A stretch of 64,000 nt of DNA from a virus, in IMG/VR virus record IMGVR_UViG_3300033491_000001; one strand, given 5' to 3'. Below are positions 30,237 to 41,340 of this stretch, piece by piece (position 1 is the first letter of the stretch; each line of letters begins with the position of its first letter). Made by a program: the position numbers and the translations under genes. Below the pieces are notes generated by a model. That model made no database searches, was not told the DNA's origin, and was given only the letters and a program-made list of their open reading frames with translations.

Positions 30237-31178
30237 TCAGTCACCTCTTTCTGGCAACGAAACCGAAACAGATGCACCTTCTGGCAACAATCGCTCCAGT
30301 TCCGATGACAACTGCGAGAAGAACGAAACTAACGAGTAAGGTAGGATGCCAGATTCGTCAACGCAGCCACAAATTCTTCGCAAAATCGCAACCTGAGTGT
30401 CATAAAGGCTTTGTGCGAGATCAACTGATGCTCGCTCAGATTTTGACAAGTCTTCAATTATCGGCTTCTCTTCAGCGCCGTGTGAGTAGATGATGAAACT
30501 ATCGTAATCGTCTTCAGCCTGCTCTATGACCTGCCGTCGCCTCTGAAGCAGGTCATCGGTCGGAAGTGTTTCCTGAGTGACTATCAGGACATCGGGTTTC
30601 TTGAACGGAGAAAGTTCATAATGGACGCGCCCATAGAAAGAAAGGAAGAACAGAAATGTCTGCGGGATGACTTCTGGGACACTTACTCCATAAAGGGCTG
30701 GGTTAGGACAGAACGGAACGCACCCAACTTTGTCAGTGACATCCAAGTCGTTTGGCAAAACTATCTTTGGCGAACCGTCGTCTTTGAGCGAAATCGTGAA
30801 CTGGGTAGGGTCAGCATACAAAACCGCTTCATCGATAACCTCGAATGTAGCGAACCCAAACACAAGCATGTCAAGGTAAAGCATTTGAAGCAAAGTTTGG
30901 TCTAAGGCGAAGGTGTCGTTTGGAAGCGAGACGATGACTTTTGCCTGCGATGCGAACGAGGCAGCATCAAACGCTGCAACAGCAAACTCAGGGATTAGCG
31001 TGAACAGAGAACGCTTCACGGACGGTCTCGGTATCAACCGTCCAGTCATTGCCGTCTGGACGAGGCTGCGCATTATTGAGTTGAGCGCCCGTCTGAACCC
31101 ACGAGAACCCGGAACTGGTTGTCTGCGCGCATCCGCTATCTGGTCAGCAAGCAGCACGGCATCATCACCGCCTTCCAT
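30237..31178 (-). CDS. portal protein (short, divergent)
   Basis: Between TerL and protease; LYLDMLVFGFATFEV...YADPTQF resembles the portal motif; only 313 aa. Confidence 0.5.
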   Translation of the reverse strand: MEGGDDAVLLADQIADARRQPVPGSRGFRRALNSIMRSLVQTAMTGRLIPRPSVKRSLFTLIPEFAVAAFDAASFASQAKVIVSLPNDTFALDQTLLQMLYLDMLVFGFATFEVIDEAVLYADPTQFTISLKDDGSPKIVLPNDLDVTDKVGCVPFCPNPALYGVSVPEVIPQTFLFFLSFYGRVHYELSPFKKPDVLIVTQETLPTDDLLQRRRQVIEQAEDDYDSFIIYSHGAEEKPIIEDLSKSERASVDLAQSLYDTQVAILRRICGCVDESGILPYSLVSFFSQLSSELERLLPEGASVSVSLPERGD

Positions 31179-31851
31179 ACGGCTTACTTGACTTTCTGTC
31201 CGTTTGTGTCTCAGGCTTCACATACCTGACTGGGTTGCAGTTACTGGAAAGCGTCAGGACTGGGTAACCTGCCGCTAACGCATTGTAAAGCAGAAACGCG
31301 CCCGGACGAGCCCTGACGAGGATCGAGCCAAACCACCACTCATGGTAGCCAACAGAACGAGGGACATCTTCTCTAACAGCAATGCAGTCCATCTGCAACC
31401 GACCAAGCTCAACGATGATTGGAGCAACAAGCGGCATGAGTATCGCATCAGAAACAAGAATTCTCGGTTGCTTGTAACGCCCAATGATCGCATAGGATTC
31501 AAACCACTTGAGAAGCGAACCGTTCGCTCCAATGAACCACTCCTTCGGAACAGCATAAGGAGCTAATATGAGAATTGGCTTGCCAATTGTCCTCTCAAGA
31601 AGTGTATTATAGGCAGCACCGTAGGATGAATTGGAGACTGGGACGAACTGGACAGCATCATCTTGCATCAAGTTGCTGAAATCGGAAGGTTGAAAACGGC
31701 TTTGGTAATAGCCGACAATGATCTGCGAAGAAGGCGCTGACTTTCTCCATTCGGATAAGGTCAACGATAACGCTTCTGCGTGCTCTTTTGTGTAGAGGTG
31801 AGTCACGATCATCAGGTTCGACAAGTCAAACATGGCATCACCACGCTCCAT
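31165..31851 (-). CDS. GT-A (GT2)-like protein, probably degenerate
   Basis: LMIVTH...IIVG...SNSSYGAAYNTLLERTIGKPILIL follows the GT2 N-terminal pattern (N.GyaaA.N.g...a.g.yi.fl); no DxD. Confidence 0.5.
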   Translation of the reverse strand: MERGDAMFDLSNLMIVTHLYTKEHAEALSLTLSEWRKSAPSSQIIVGYYQSRFQPSDFSNLMQDDAVQFVPVSNSSYGAAYNTLLERTIGKPILILAPYAVPKEWFIGANGSLLKWFESYAIIGRYKQPRILVSDAILMPLVAPIIVELGRLQMDCIAVREDVPRSVGYHEWWFGSILVRARPGAFLLYNALAAGYPVLTLSSNCNPVRYVKPETQTDRKSSKPYGRR

Positions 31852-31886
31852 CGGTTAATGTCTTCATGATAGTATAGCACGAAAAT

Positions 31887-33500
31887 TCAAATGTCCGAAT
31901 TCCAATTCATTCCTGCAATGCGGGAGATAATGTAGTCGAGAAACTCTTCTTCGGTCTCGAAAGCACGCTTTGAGCCTTCCTTCTCGTCTGCTGCGAACCC
32001 GCTGTAACTGGACGGGTGAATGTCAACGATTGTCTTCGCAAGCCAAGCCATCTTAAGTGCGTCAAGGAAGTGTGCAGTTTCTCCGATAACCCATGTGTGG
32101 TACATTCGTCCTCTCAACGATGCAAACGCCTTTCTAGCTCTAAGTATGTGCCCAAAGAGTTCCTCTAATCGCCTGCTTCGGAGAAAACGAATCCCGTTGT
32201 TCTGGATTGCTCCGAATAACTGATTGAAGGCTTGGACATTGTTGTAAACTACCCTGCGCTTATCGACTTGAATGTCGCCAGTGACATTGTGCGGTGCACG
32301 GGCTAATGCGAGCCTCGCTTCTGCACCTCTCGCTACAAGTTCGTCACGAAGCATGTAGTTATCGCCCGGTGGAAGTTCATCGATGAGGGTAAGTTTCGGC
32401 TTGAAGATCATGAGTTCGTCCAAAGCGGACTGCCAGTCGGATTGGACTGAGAGGCGAACGACCTGCGGCGGGTCCGTGAGAGCGATGTATGCGATATGGA
32501 AGACTTTGCCGTAATCAACTCCAGCGACTACAGGGACTGACTTTGGCTCTTGCCATTCGTTTTCTGGCAAGACCATTCGAACTAAGTCCGAGAACTGGAT
32601 GCGGATTGAGACGACATATGGAATCCCGATGACGCCCGGATAGAACCTGCTTGCGTCCCGCTTTTGCTCCATCTGTTTGAACCACTCCGCAGACCTCTCG
32701 CTGTCGTAGATCGTCGAGATTATGAACCCGTCTCTGTCCGCTGACGGGTTGAGTGCAACATAGAAGCCAGATTGCCGAACTGCAACTGCATCTGGGTCGT
32801 TAGGATCGAGTGGTCCGCTGCAGATCAAGCACCTAAAAGTCCACCGTTTGCCAGTGTCGTCAAGGGTTATGATGCGCTCATACTCGCGAGGATCAAGCGG
32901 AACTGTCCTGCCACAGGAACGACACTTGACATGCCAGATGAACATCTTCGTTGCAGCGACAACGGACTCTATGCCACTTTCTGTGCCTGATGGGATTGAA
33001 AGCTGCAGAATCATCCCTTCTTCCGACGCGAGCAGTCGGTCTTCGAAGGTGTCTCGTGTCGTTGGGTCGAGGAAAGAGAATTCGTCGAGGATTAGAAAAT
33101 CAGCGGTGATTGAAATTGCCTGAGTGACTTTCTGACCGCCGGTGAAGTGAATTATCCCGTTGAGGATGCCTTTTGTATCGACGCTATCTGGACGAGGTTG
33201 TATGCCCATCGCAGTCAAGATTGGATCAACTTTGCTGAGCACGAATTTCTTGACCACTGGCCACGAGGACAGGACATACATGACATCGAGTTTCCTGTGC
33301 ATGCACTCGTAGATCGCTCTTGCGATTGCGTAGGTAGAAATTCCAAGTTGTGACGCTTTCTGGATTGCGACGAACTTTCTTTGCCGCAGCGGATAGGCAT
33401 AAAGGGCAAGAAGGTGTGGCTTGAACACGAACGGTCTTCCTTTTGGAAGTTTGAAGCTCTTTAGGAACTCAAGGAACTCCAAATCAGGCTGCCATAACAT
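31887..33500 (-). CDS. terL: terminase large subunit (lambda gpA-like)
   Basis: QKASQLGIST Walker A, FLILDE Walker B, CxxC..CxxC insert, AGVDYG and HFLDA nuclease motifs. Confidence 0.9.
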   Translation of the reverse strand: MLWQPDLEFLEFLKSFKLPKGRPFVFKPHLLALYAYPLRQRKFVAIQKASQLGISTYAIARAIYECMHRKLDVMYVLSSWPVVKKFVLSKVDPILTAMGIQPRPDSVDTKGILNGIIHFTGGQKVTQAISITADFLILDEFSFLDPTTRDTFEDRLLASEEGMILQLSIPSGTESGIESVVAATKMFIWHVKCRSCGRTVPLDPREYERIITLDDTGKRWTFRCLICSGPLDPNDPDAVAVRQSGFYVALNPSADRDGFIISTIYDSERSAEWFKQMEQKRDASRFYPGVIGIPYVVSIRIQFSDLVRMVLPENEWQEPKSVPVVAGVDYGKVFHIAYIALTDPPQVVRLSVQSDWQSALDELMIFKPKLTLIDELPPGDNYMLRDELVARGAEARLALARAPHNVTGDIQVDKRRVVYNNVQAFNQLFGAIQNNGIRFLRSRRLEELFGHILRARKAFASLRGRMYHTWVIGETAHFLDALKMAWLAKTIVDIHPSSYSGFAADEKEGSKRAFETEEEFLDYIISRIAGMNWNSDI

Positions 33501-33520
33501 CAGTGTCTCACTCCTTCGCT

Positions 33521-36500
33521 TCAGTCTATCCCGAGATCTAAACTCACTTGCGTGATTGAAATCGACAATTCGACAGACTTGAGGAGATCAACAGACACTG
33601 GAATCATTAACCGTTGGATAAGACCAACGAACGGAGCAGTTTCTGCTTCAATTTGTGTCACAGACTCAACTGCACTTAACTGAACCTGAGTGATGGGCTG
33701 CTCGGTAGTTGTTACTCGAATAGTTTCACTAACAGAACCTGAAATCTGAGTAGAACCTGATTCAGAAGCCACGATTTGTTCTGTCTCTAATGCAGCAATC
33801 TGAACTGACGGCGACGCAGAGTCTGTTGCAATGATTTGCGCTGTAGTTGATGCAGAAACTTGCATCTCAACAGATGGCTGTTCAGAGGCGCTGATGCGCG
33901 TAGTTTCGGAAACTTGTGGAATGATCGTTGGCGCTATTACTTCGTTTGTAGATGCAATTGCTTGATCTGAGACAGCAACTTCTATCTGAGTCAATGGCGT
34001 TTCGGAAGCCCTCACAGATTCTTGCTGTGTGAAATTAATCGCAATGCCGACAGACTGAGACTCAGACGCAACAACTTGGACGGTTTCTGAGACCTGTGGT
34101 CGCAGTGTAGGAATGACAGACTCAGCCGATGAAATGCCTGCTGAATCCGCAACAGAAACGCCAAGCTGAGTTGACTGTGCTTCGGAAGTTTGAATCGCTT
34201 CTTGTTGGACGATCTGAGCAGCGATGCTTGTGCTTTGCGATTCAAGTGTAGTCACTTGCATTGAATCGCTGACGAGCAGTTGAAAGCCTGTAAAGACATT
34301 GATGCCTTCGCTTGCAAGAACTTGTTGGCTTTCAGTTAATGCAAATGAGATAACCGGAGTTGCTTGCTCAGCCGTTGAGATTACCAAGCTTTCCGAAACG
34401 TCAACGCCAACCTGCACGGTTTGTAATTCGTCGGCAAGAACTTGTGTTAGGTCAGAAGCTTCAACAGAAACGCTTGAAAGGACAGATTCAAGGGTTGAAA
34501 CTCTGACGGTCTCCGATGTAGATGCAAGAAACTGTGGAAGAACGCTATCTTGCACTGAAGTCTGCATGACTTCCGAGACAGAAGCTTGTAATGACGACTG
34601 GATTGCTTCGCTTGCGATGATTTGAACCAATTCAGACGGAAGCAGGCTAAACTGTGACATCACAGAATCGGCCGACTGCAACGATGCTGCATCATTAACG
34701 GTCGAAATTATGCTTGGACTGACCTGCTCAGAACTTGAAATTGCAGCATTGATCGCTTGTTGAATCGCAAGCTGAGCTTGAATTGTTTCTCCAGCTAATA
34801 CGCCCATCTGGTCACTGACTTGAATGTTCACAATGTCGCCACTACCACCGCCTCCGCTGCCGCCACCAAGGCTCATAACTTGCAGACCTGCGATAGTAAT
34901 CGGGTTTGCCGTCTGCCAGAGCCTCGCGAGAATTCTTGCCACCCAAATGCCTGCATCTGGAGGTGTCCAAGTGATCTCAAAACTTCCAACTTGAGTAAAT
35001 TCTTGCCGAAATTCTGGCGTGTCATAGAGAAGCGGCTCTTTTCCGTAGCGATAGATTTCGACAGCAACTGTCTCGTTAGTTCCAATCTGCGTAATTGTTC
35101 CTGCCATAAAGATTGGACCGAGACCTTGAAAGACCCACCAAGCAATTATCGGACCCATGCTTACCGTTCCATAGTAACCAACGACAGTCGGGTTCATGTA
35201 GAAATCGAAGGTTTGGTAATCGGGTTGCGCAGCATCCCAACGATTCTTAGCCCAACCATGAAATCCAATAAATTCAAGGGCATTTGGATGCTGCACAGTC
35301 CCGACAGTAAGTCCGGAAATTTTGACCGAACTGACCAAGCGAGCTAAAGAACCAAAACGAACGTCCCATTGTGTGTGGTGAACGGCGGCACGATTATATA
35401 TCGAACCAATTGTAAGTTGCTCGATGTTCCAATAACCTACAGGATGATGAACGATGCCACCAGCTGGATAGCCACCATAGGCGCTTGATAAAACTGGCAC
35501 AGACAAATTGTAGAATCTGCCAAACATCTGCATTCCATGAGAAGCATTGTAGATACTTGATAGATCACCAGTCAGCCTTACATGGCAAGTCCCGATCACT
35601 GACAATCCTTCAATAATATTGTCAGCCCAAACATCATTGCTAAGTGAAAGCAGAGGTGCATTGACATAACTGTAGATCGTGACATCATAAACTCTGCATT
35701 GTCGAGCTCCGTTCAATAAGATATTCGTGTGCGTGCTATTCAGATGAAGCTTCAAATTTCTGAAAACATTACGGAAGCCCTGAATATACGATCGATTATT
35801 ATTGTCATTGTAGATTTCCAAATTCTCGAAGTAAGTGTTAGAACAGTTAACACCATTGCCATTGACGATTTTACAATTTTTCACAGTGATAAATGATGGG
35901 CAACTGTTGCCTCCAGGATCGATGAAGATGCAGTCTTCTATGAGTGAGCCTAGGTTTGGTGAAGAAATCCCAGTAATGCCGTATGCTCCGCCGTGTGACA
36001 CGCATCGACGCCACGTGTTGTTGCCAGCAAAAGTTAATCCATATCGCGGGTTATGCTGACAACAATCTTCAAGAACGCAGGTTGCACTGCTTGGCATTCC
36101 AGTAACCCATCCGTGTGGTGAGCCAGCAGAGTCTCCATTGCACCATTGCCAATAGAATGTTCCACCGCCAGTTTTAAAATAGATGCCGTCGTAGTCATTT
36201 GCGGTCATTCTGAAGTTTCCGCAGTATTTGAAGGTAGCATTCGTTAGATTGCCGCCGCTGCCGGATGCTGACGGCATAAACAGTGGCAAACGAGTGAAGA
36301 ATGTCCCTATGAAGAGAAAGTTCGTGCCAGCGGCATAGTAAGTATTGTTTGATCCAAACTTCAAAATGTCAATTGTGAATGTCATCAAAAGTGCGGTAAC
36401 CCTCGGAAAACCAATTCGTTCGCCCGTTCTGTTCCACGGTGAACGCGGCACTACAACAGTTCTGGTCGATTGGTCGTAGTCAAGAACTGGCACTGGGTCA

Positions 36501-37948
36501 GCGCTGAGAACAACCAAAATGTCACCTTTGCGCAATGGAATTCCATTCTTCAGATAAAGCCGAGGCGGATTGACCGATGCGTCCGTTTCAAACCAATCCC
36601 AAGTTCGGCGAGTTTCGCCATAGGTCCTGAAGTAAGTAGGTTGAATAGTCCCATTGACAAAGAGTTGTGCTTTCTGCGGATATGTTATCGCATAACTTTC
36701 TGAACCAACCTGCAATGTCCCAGTTCCAGCGATATTTGCATTTACTTTCAACGCAGTCCAAGTCAGCGTTCGGAAGTAAACTGCTGGCGGAGGTGCAGCG
36801 TATTTCCTGACAGCAATCCAATCCCACTGTGCCACACCATAGATAGTGCTCAATTGAATGTAGCAGCTTCCAGAAGTGTATCGGTCTTGCGTTGTCGTTG
36901 AGTTGACCTGAATGTCCCACTCATAATACCTGCTTGCACTGGTCAGCCATTCAATTGTGAAGCGAGTGAAGGATTCACGAGGAGCATAACGGCTGAAGTA
37001 TTGATAGGTCGTGGAAGAACCACCACTTACTTTGAGATAGTACTACCGAATAGAGCTGTCTCCAGCAGAACGATACTGCTCATTATATCCATGTCCAACA
37101 AGATCGCTACCACTTCCGCCGTTAGTCTGTGTAATTTCATTCCACATTTCGTCACCGCTAACATAACGCCACCGCCCATCGACAATGAACGGCAACGCAA
37201 AAGCCGTTTTAGAAACAATCCCTGCTCTCGTGCTAGAACCGCTGTTGATTTCAACATAGCCGTTTCCAACTGTAACGCTCCAAGAACCAGTTCCGGTCCA
37301 TCTCGCAGCAGTCCATTTGTTTTCATCAAGCGCAGTCCCAGAAAAATCATCGAAGAAATCAAAGACGGAGTTTCCATCCGAAACATCAGTCGCATCTGGG
37401 TTGCCATAGAACAGGTAAAGCGTGACGACTGAGTTAGCAGGAATTGAAGACACTTTGACATAAATCTTCGTGTTCCACATGTTCTTGGTGTCCGGGTCAA
37501 TCCAAATCGGAAGCAAGTTGCCGCTTGAATCTGTCACTCGAATATCGCCACAGTCAGAACGCATCTTGCCCTGTGAAATTAAGTAAGCAGTGTTCAAGCG
37601 AATGATGATCTGGAAGTCAGTCAGCGATGTCGATGAGAATGAATTGTCCACATAGACCGTTCGCCTATAACTCCATCCTGAAAGCCAAGGAGTTCCAGAA
37701 GTTTCTTCACCAACTTCTTGGTAACTTGGATTATTCAGCGATGGAATCAAAAGCGTTCCATTGATGGTCAGACCAGAAAGACCATTCGGAAAGCCTGACA
37801 TATCTGCATCGAAAACTATCGTGTGCCCAGATTGAATAGTTACGCTGTCGCCTTCTTTCGGCGGTCGCGTCGCTGGGCTGCCATCCATCAGCCAACTTGC
37901 CGGGTCTGACCAGTATCCGAAAGTGACATTGGAAGTGAACGATGCCAT
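33521..37948 (-). CDS. giant fibre/adhesin: G8-like + DUF2341 + beta-helix + 20-aa repeat shaft, interrupted by one in-frame TAG (37043-37045)
   Basis: Track ORFs 37043..37948 and 33521..36853 are in the same frame. The 63 codons between them are open (YYLKVSGG...CYIQ). QWDWIAVRKY, the usual closing motif of DUF2341-associated domains, lies after the stop. Confidence 0.8.
33560..34830 (-). repeat. ~20 imperfect 20-aa S/Q/V/E/T/A repeats
   Basis: e.g. QVSETTRISASEQPSVEMQV / SASTTAQIIATDSASPSVQI / SVSETIRVTTTEQPITQVQL. Confidence 0.75.
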
Positions 37949-37981
37949 AAACTGTCACTTATCTCATGAACTATCATACTG

Positions 37982-38332
37982 TCATAAAACAAGCTCCTGC
38001 GTCACAGGCGGCGTGCCGGACTCGCCAGTCTCCGGCAAAGTTTGTTCTTCAGGCAAAACAATTAACGGTTGTTCTGGAATTTCTGGCGCTTCGTGAACTA
38101 TGTAAGTTTCAGATGGCATTGTCGCAGATTGGGTGACACAGACAACATAGGTTGGATTATTGACTGGCGTTAGCCGAGCCCAAGTTCCTTGCGGACCGAA
38201 GACAAGTTCGAGAATTATCATCTCTTCGCGATTTCGGTCGCTCCAGACGACAGTTACAGTATCAGACTCAGTATCCCATTCGATCGCTGTCACTTTACGG
38301 TTGGGCACTTCTATTCGCTGCGCTTCCGACAT
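37982..38332 (-). CDS. hypothetical protein
   Basis: 116 aa, GGTGAGG RBS, within the fibre operon. Confidence 0.6.
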   Translation of the reverse strand: MSEAQRIEVPNRKVTAIEWDTESDTVTVVWSDRNREEMIILELVFGPQGTWARLTPVNNPTYVVCVTQSATMPSETYIVHEAPEIPEQPLIVLPEEQTLPETGESGTPPVTQELVL

Positions 38333-38555
38333 CTCGCCTCACCCTGCCTATCAATGCAGGCTTGCCTTTCTCTTTCACGACACGAACTTCTTCCTCTTCT
38401 TCAATAGTCTTCCCACCTTGACCTGACTTTCGCCTTCTAATCACAAGGCGGGCAGCGGATCGCGACTTCCCAAATGCAATCGCAGCTTCCGCAGCATCTT
38501 CAGGGTTCGGATCGAAATACCGAACACCTCTGTCAGTCCAAACTAACCGAGCCAT
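38295..38555 (-). CDS. hypothetical basic protein
   Basis: 86 aa, GGTGA RBS. Confidence 0.5.
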   Translation of the reverse strand: MARLVWTDRGVRYFDPNPEDAAEAAIAFGKSRSAARLVIRRRKSGQGGKTIEEEEEVRVVKEKGKPALIGRVRRDVGSAANRSAQP

Positions 38556-38569
38556 CTAAATCACCACCA

Positions 38570-39097
38570 TCACGATTGTCGGCTCAAGGTCAAATCGTAG
38601 ATAACAGAAACAGTATCATCTGCACCAACAGTCTTTGGCGTTGACAGCCGAACTCGAGCGAACAAGTTGTTACCTGCACTGTCAGAACAAAGCCCAATTG
38701 AACCGATAGTTCCATCAATCGCTCCTTGTGACCAACTTGCCTGCCAGCGTGCTTGCCGTGCAGTTGGTCTTGAAACCGTCGCTGCCTGCGCCCACTTGTT
38801 CGTTCCGGGCATAGTTGTCTCGTTCGGGTCTGGAGTCGTCGTGGCGTCTGAAAGGACGATGTAACCAATGGAAACCGGGCTGGAGTTGATTAGGTTGCGG
38901 ATGAAAATGTCCAAGCCGAGGTCAGTGATGAGGTTCTTGATTTCGATGATCTCACGCTCTCTTTGACCATCTCTGTTTCGCTCAATAATCAGGTAGAAGA
39001 CGCCACCACCTTGCAGTTGCAGCTCCGTCGAAACAGGAATCAACTGTTCTTTGTGCTCTCCTTCGTTCGTAACTTGCTCAGTTCTGACTTCGCCCAT
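38570..39097 (-). CDS. fibre-attachment/baseplate-like structural protein
   Basis: KNLITDLGL...GYIVLSDATTTP...TIGSIGL...LFARVRL..PKT..DTVSVIYDL pattern of fibre-anchoring domains. Confidence 0.55.
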   Translation of the reverse strand: MGEVRTEQVTNEGEHKEQLIPVSTELQLQGGGVFYLIIERNRDGQREREIIEIKNLITDLGLDIFIRNLINSSPVSIGYIVLSDATTTPDPNETTMPGTNKWAQAATVSRPTARQARWQASWSQGAIDGTIGSIGLCSDSAGNNLFARVRLSTPKTVGADDTVSVIYDLTLSRQS

Positions 39098-39163
39098 CGG
39101 TGATCACTCCAGCATCAAGTCGAAACATCCCGACTGGCTAAACAGTCTCCTTCCCTATCTGAA

Positions 39164-39505
39164 TCAATCAGTAACACGCCCGACTACGACTGCCTTCAAT
39201 GGCGGGCTTGGAATGTTCCTGACAGTCCCATCTGGCAATGTCAACATCAAGTCAAATGAAACAATAGTCCCTTCCCTCAACTTTTCCGTCTCAGTGCGCG
39301 GAAAACGAAGCCTGATTTTGCCGTTAGTTAAGTCATCAGGTTCAACAATCGCTTCAAACAACATAATCCTTCCCGGCTCAGACTTTACTTCGCACTTTAT
39401 CTGAATGTCGGATAAATTCACTGGAATCCCACCCGCTGAGATAGTGACCAAAAATTCCTCATCGTTGCCCTTGACGATGCGAAGTTCCTGATGCTCGCCG
39501 CTCAA
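39164..39505 (-). CDS. BppU-N-like baseplate protein
   Basis: LRIVKGNDEEFLVTI...PVNLSD...NGKIRLRF..TETEKL...FDLMLT. Confidence 0.55.
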   Translation of the reverse strand: MSGEHQELRIVKGNDEEFLVTISAGGIPVNLSDIQIKCEVKSEPGRIMLFEAIVEPDDLTNGKIRLRFPRTETEKLREGTIVSFDLMLTLPDGTVRNIPSPPLKAVVVGRVTD

Positions 39506-39900
39506 GGTTCATCACCATCCTCTTCAGCAACGACAGGAACTAACGCCCTGCTAAGCTCGGGCTGCTCAAGAGGTATCGAAGAAACTGCAGAAACCATCGC
39601 AACTGTAACTGCATCTCGCTCGTTCATCGCTCGCATCAACGATGTCAGCGCTATGGCAAGCTTCGCTTCTACATCCGCAAGTTTCGCAAAAGCATCAACA
39701 AGTTGATGGACATCCCTTGAAGTCTTGACCTGAACCTTACCGCTTGCAATCGCATCGTCAAGCATCTCTTTCAACCGAAGCCTGAGTTCCTGAAACTGCG
39801 AAAGCGTGTCTACAAACTCAGCCACTTTGCTGTTCAGTTCTTTCTGAATGTCCCTCAACAGCGTTTTCGGCATCGCTATTGTCGACGACGGTGTTCTCAT
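39502..39900 (-). CDS. helical hypothetical protein (terminase small subunit candidate)
   Basis: ATG 39900 with GGAGG RBS; coiled-coil character; TerS role is a guess. Confidence 0.4.
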   Translation of the reverse strand: MRTPSSTIAMPKTLLRDIQKELNSKVAEFVDTLSQFQELRLRLKEMLDDAIASGKVQVKTSRDVHQLVDAFAKLADVEAKLAIALTSLMRAMNERDAVTVAMVSAVSSIPLEQPELSRALVPVVAEEDGDEP

Positions 39901-40393
39901 CGTTGACCCTCCGTTCGACAGGAATTGGGTCAGGAAACTGCTCACGAATGAACTCGAAAAATCGCCTTCGCTTTATCGGGTCTAACACAAGCCACCACCA
40001 AACCCTCGTCGGAACTTTACCGCAAAGCCAAACCATTTCCTCAGGAAAGTATAACTCATCCAAAGCAACTCCGGTAGTGAAAAGATACTCGATCGGGCTC
40101 GATGTCCTTTCACTTTGCCTAGAAATGGTAAACTTGCCGAGTTTGTTGAAGCGAGCAACAAATAGCGTCGTCAGAAATGTCGCAGCAATCCTGTCTTTGG
40201 TCTGCAACTCTTGCGCATATTCGGTAAGTCGCTTCATGAGCATAACCGATACTTCTCCGATGGCTTTCAAAATCGCCTTCCTAAGTTCTTCTGGCAGCAG
40301 CATCCAATAAAATCTTGACCTGCCCATCATCGCAACCGAAGTCTTCGTTGAAATATCATCGCTCGGTCGGTTTGAACGCTTTGACCGCGCCAT
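39818..40393 (-). CDS. hypothetical protein
   Basis: 191 aa, GGAGG RBS. Confidence 0.55.
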   Translation of the reverse strand: MARSKRSNRPSDDISTKTSVAMMGRSRFYWMLLPEELRKAILKAIGEVSVMLMKRLTEYAQELQTKDRIAATFLTTLFVARFNKLGKFTISRQSERTSSPIEYLFTTGVALDELYFPEEMVWLCGKVPTRVWWWLVLDPIKRRRFFEFIREQFPDPIPVERRVNDENTVVDNSDAENAVEGHSERTEQQSG

Positions 40394-41072
40394 TCAACAC
40401 TACCTCCTTCATCCCTGTCGCTGTAGTTTGCTTCTTGAGAAAACTGGCAAGCGAAAGAACTGTCCGAAAGACGAATTCGTTCCAATTTCTGTCAGGTGTG
40501 CTCAGAAATCTCTTTGCACGATCGACCATGAACGCAAAGTCTTCGTAGTCTTTGGCAAGTTCAGTAGGCTTGATGAACTGGGCAAGTTTGTAGTAAGGTT
40601 CTAACACGCCAGCGATGTCGAGGTTGAAAGAAACTGGAGGTTGCTCAGGAAAGTCTCTTTCGCAAACTTTCCTTGCAACTTGCTCGTAAACTCCGTTGGG
40701 AAATTCGGACAGGTAAAGGTAGCCTCCAAGCTTTCCGAGCGCTTGCAGGCAAATGGAATCAAAGAGTCCTTCAGACTTGGAAATGACAACAAATCTGATG
40801 TTGTCCGAAAGGTCGAGGTCTAGTCCAGTCGGGACAGCATACATCGTCGCTGCACCGTAGTAGGTAGGAACTTTGATTGTCTTTGTGAAAACTCTAAGGT
40901 GGGCTGGGATGCAAGTTTTCGCTCCAGAAACGAACTCATAAAGCCTGAAAATGCCATCGTCGTAGAAGCGAGCCAGAATTTTCGCTTCTTCGGTCAGAAA
41001 TGAAGAACTCTCTGGGAAAAGGTACGAAATCTTCATCGGATGAACCCGTTTCCCGTTTTGTATGTAACGCAT
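40356..41072 (-). CDS. hypothetical protein
   Basis: 238-aa ORF; real start probably MKISY. Confidence 0.55.
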   Translation of the reverse strand: MRYIQNGKRVHPMKISYLFPESSSFLTEEAKILARFYDDGIFRLYEFVSGAKTCIPAHLRVFTKTIKVPTYYGAATMYAVPTGLDLDLSDNIRFVVISKSEGLFDSICLQALGKLGGYLYLSEFPNGVYEQVARKVCERDFPEQPPVSFNLDIAGVLEPYYKLAQFIKPTELAKDYEDFAFMVDRAKRFLSTPDRNWNEFVFRTVLSLASFLKKQTTATGMKEVVLNGAVKAFKPTER

Positions 41073-41143
41073 GCTTTCAAACCTACCCTCCAGAATAAAT
41101 TATCGCACTTCTTCGGACATTCGTCAAGACTTGAGAAATCGGA

Positions 41144-41340
41144 TGCAACCAACCTGCCAAGTTGCGACTTGGAAGACCTGCAACCAATCAGCAAAATTAC
41201 AACCGAGCCGGTCTGGAAGCCCTTGCAACCAATCAGTGGATAATCAACCGAACCGCACTGGAGGTGCTTTGCAACCACTCAGCGAAGCATCAACCAGCTG
41301 CGGGAGGGTCTGCAACTAATCAGCCACGCATCAACCGCCC
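41144..41340. repeat. five ~35-46 bp-spaced degenerate repeats TGCAACCAATCAG (iteron-like)
   Basis: Copies at 41144, 41179, 41224, 41270, 41311. The last four each have a second CAACC ~20 bp downstream. AT-rich tract at 41520-41600. Confidence 0.7.

Noticed and set aside
33521-37948. Diversity-generating retroelement targeting the fibre
   Set aside because: No reverse transcriptase and no TR/VR pair with adenine-specific differences seen in the window.
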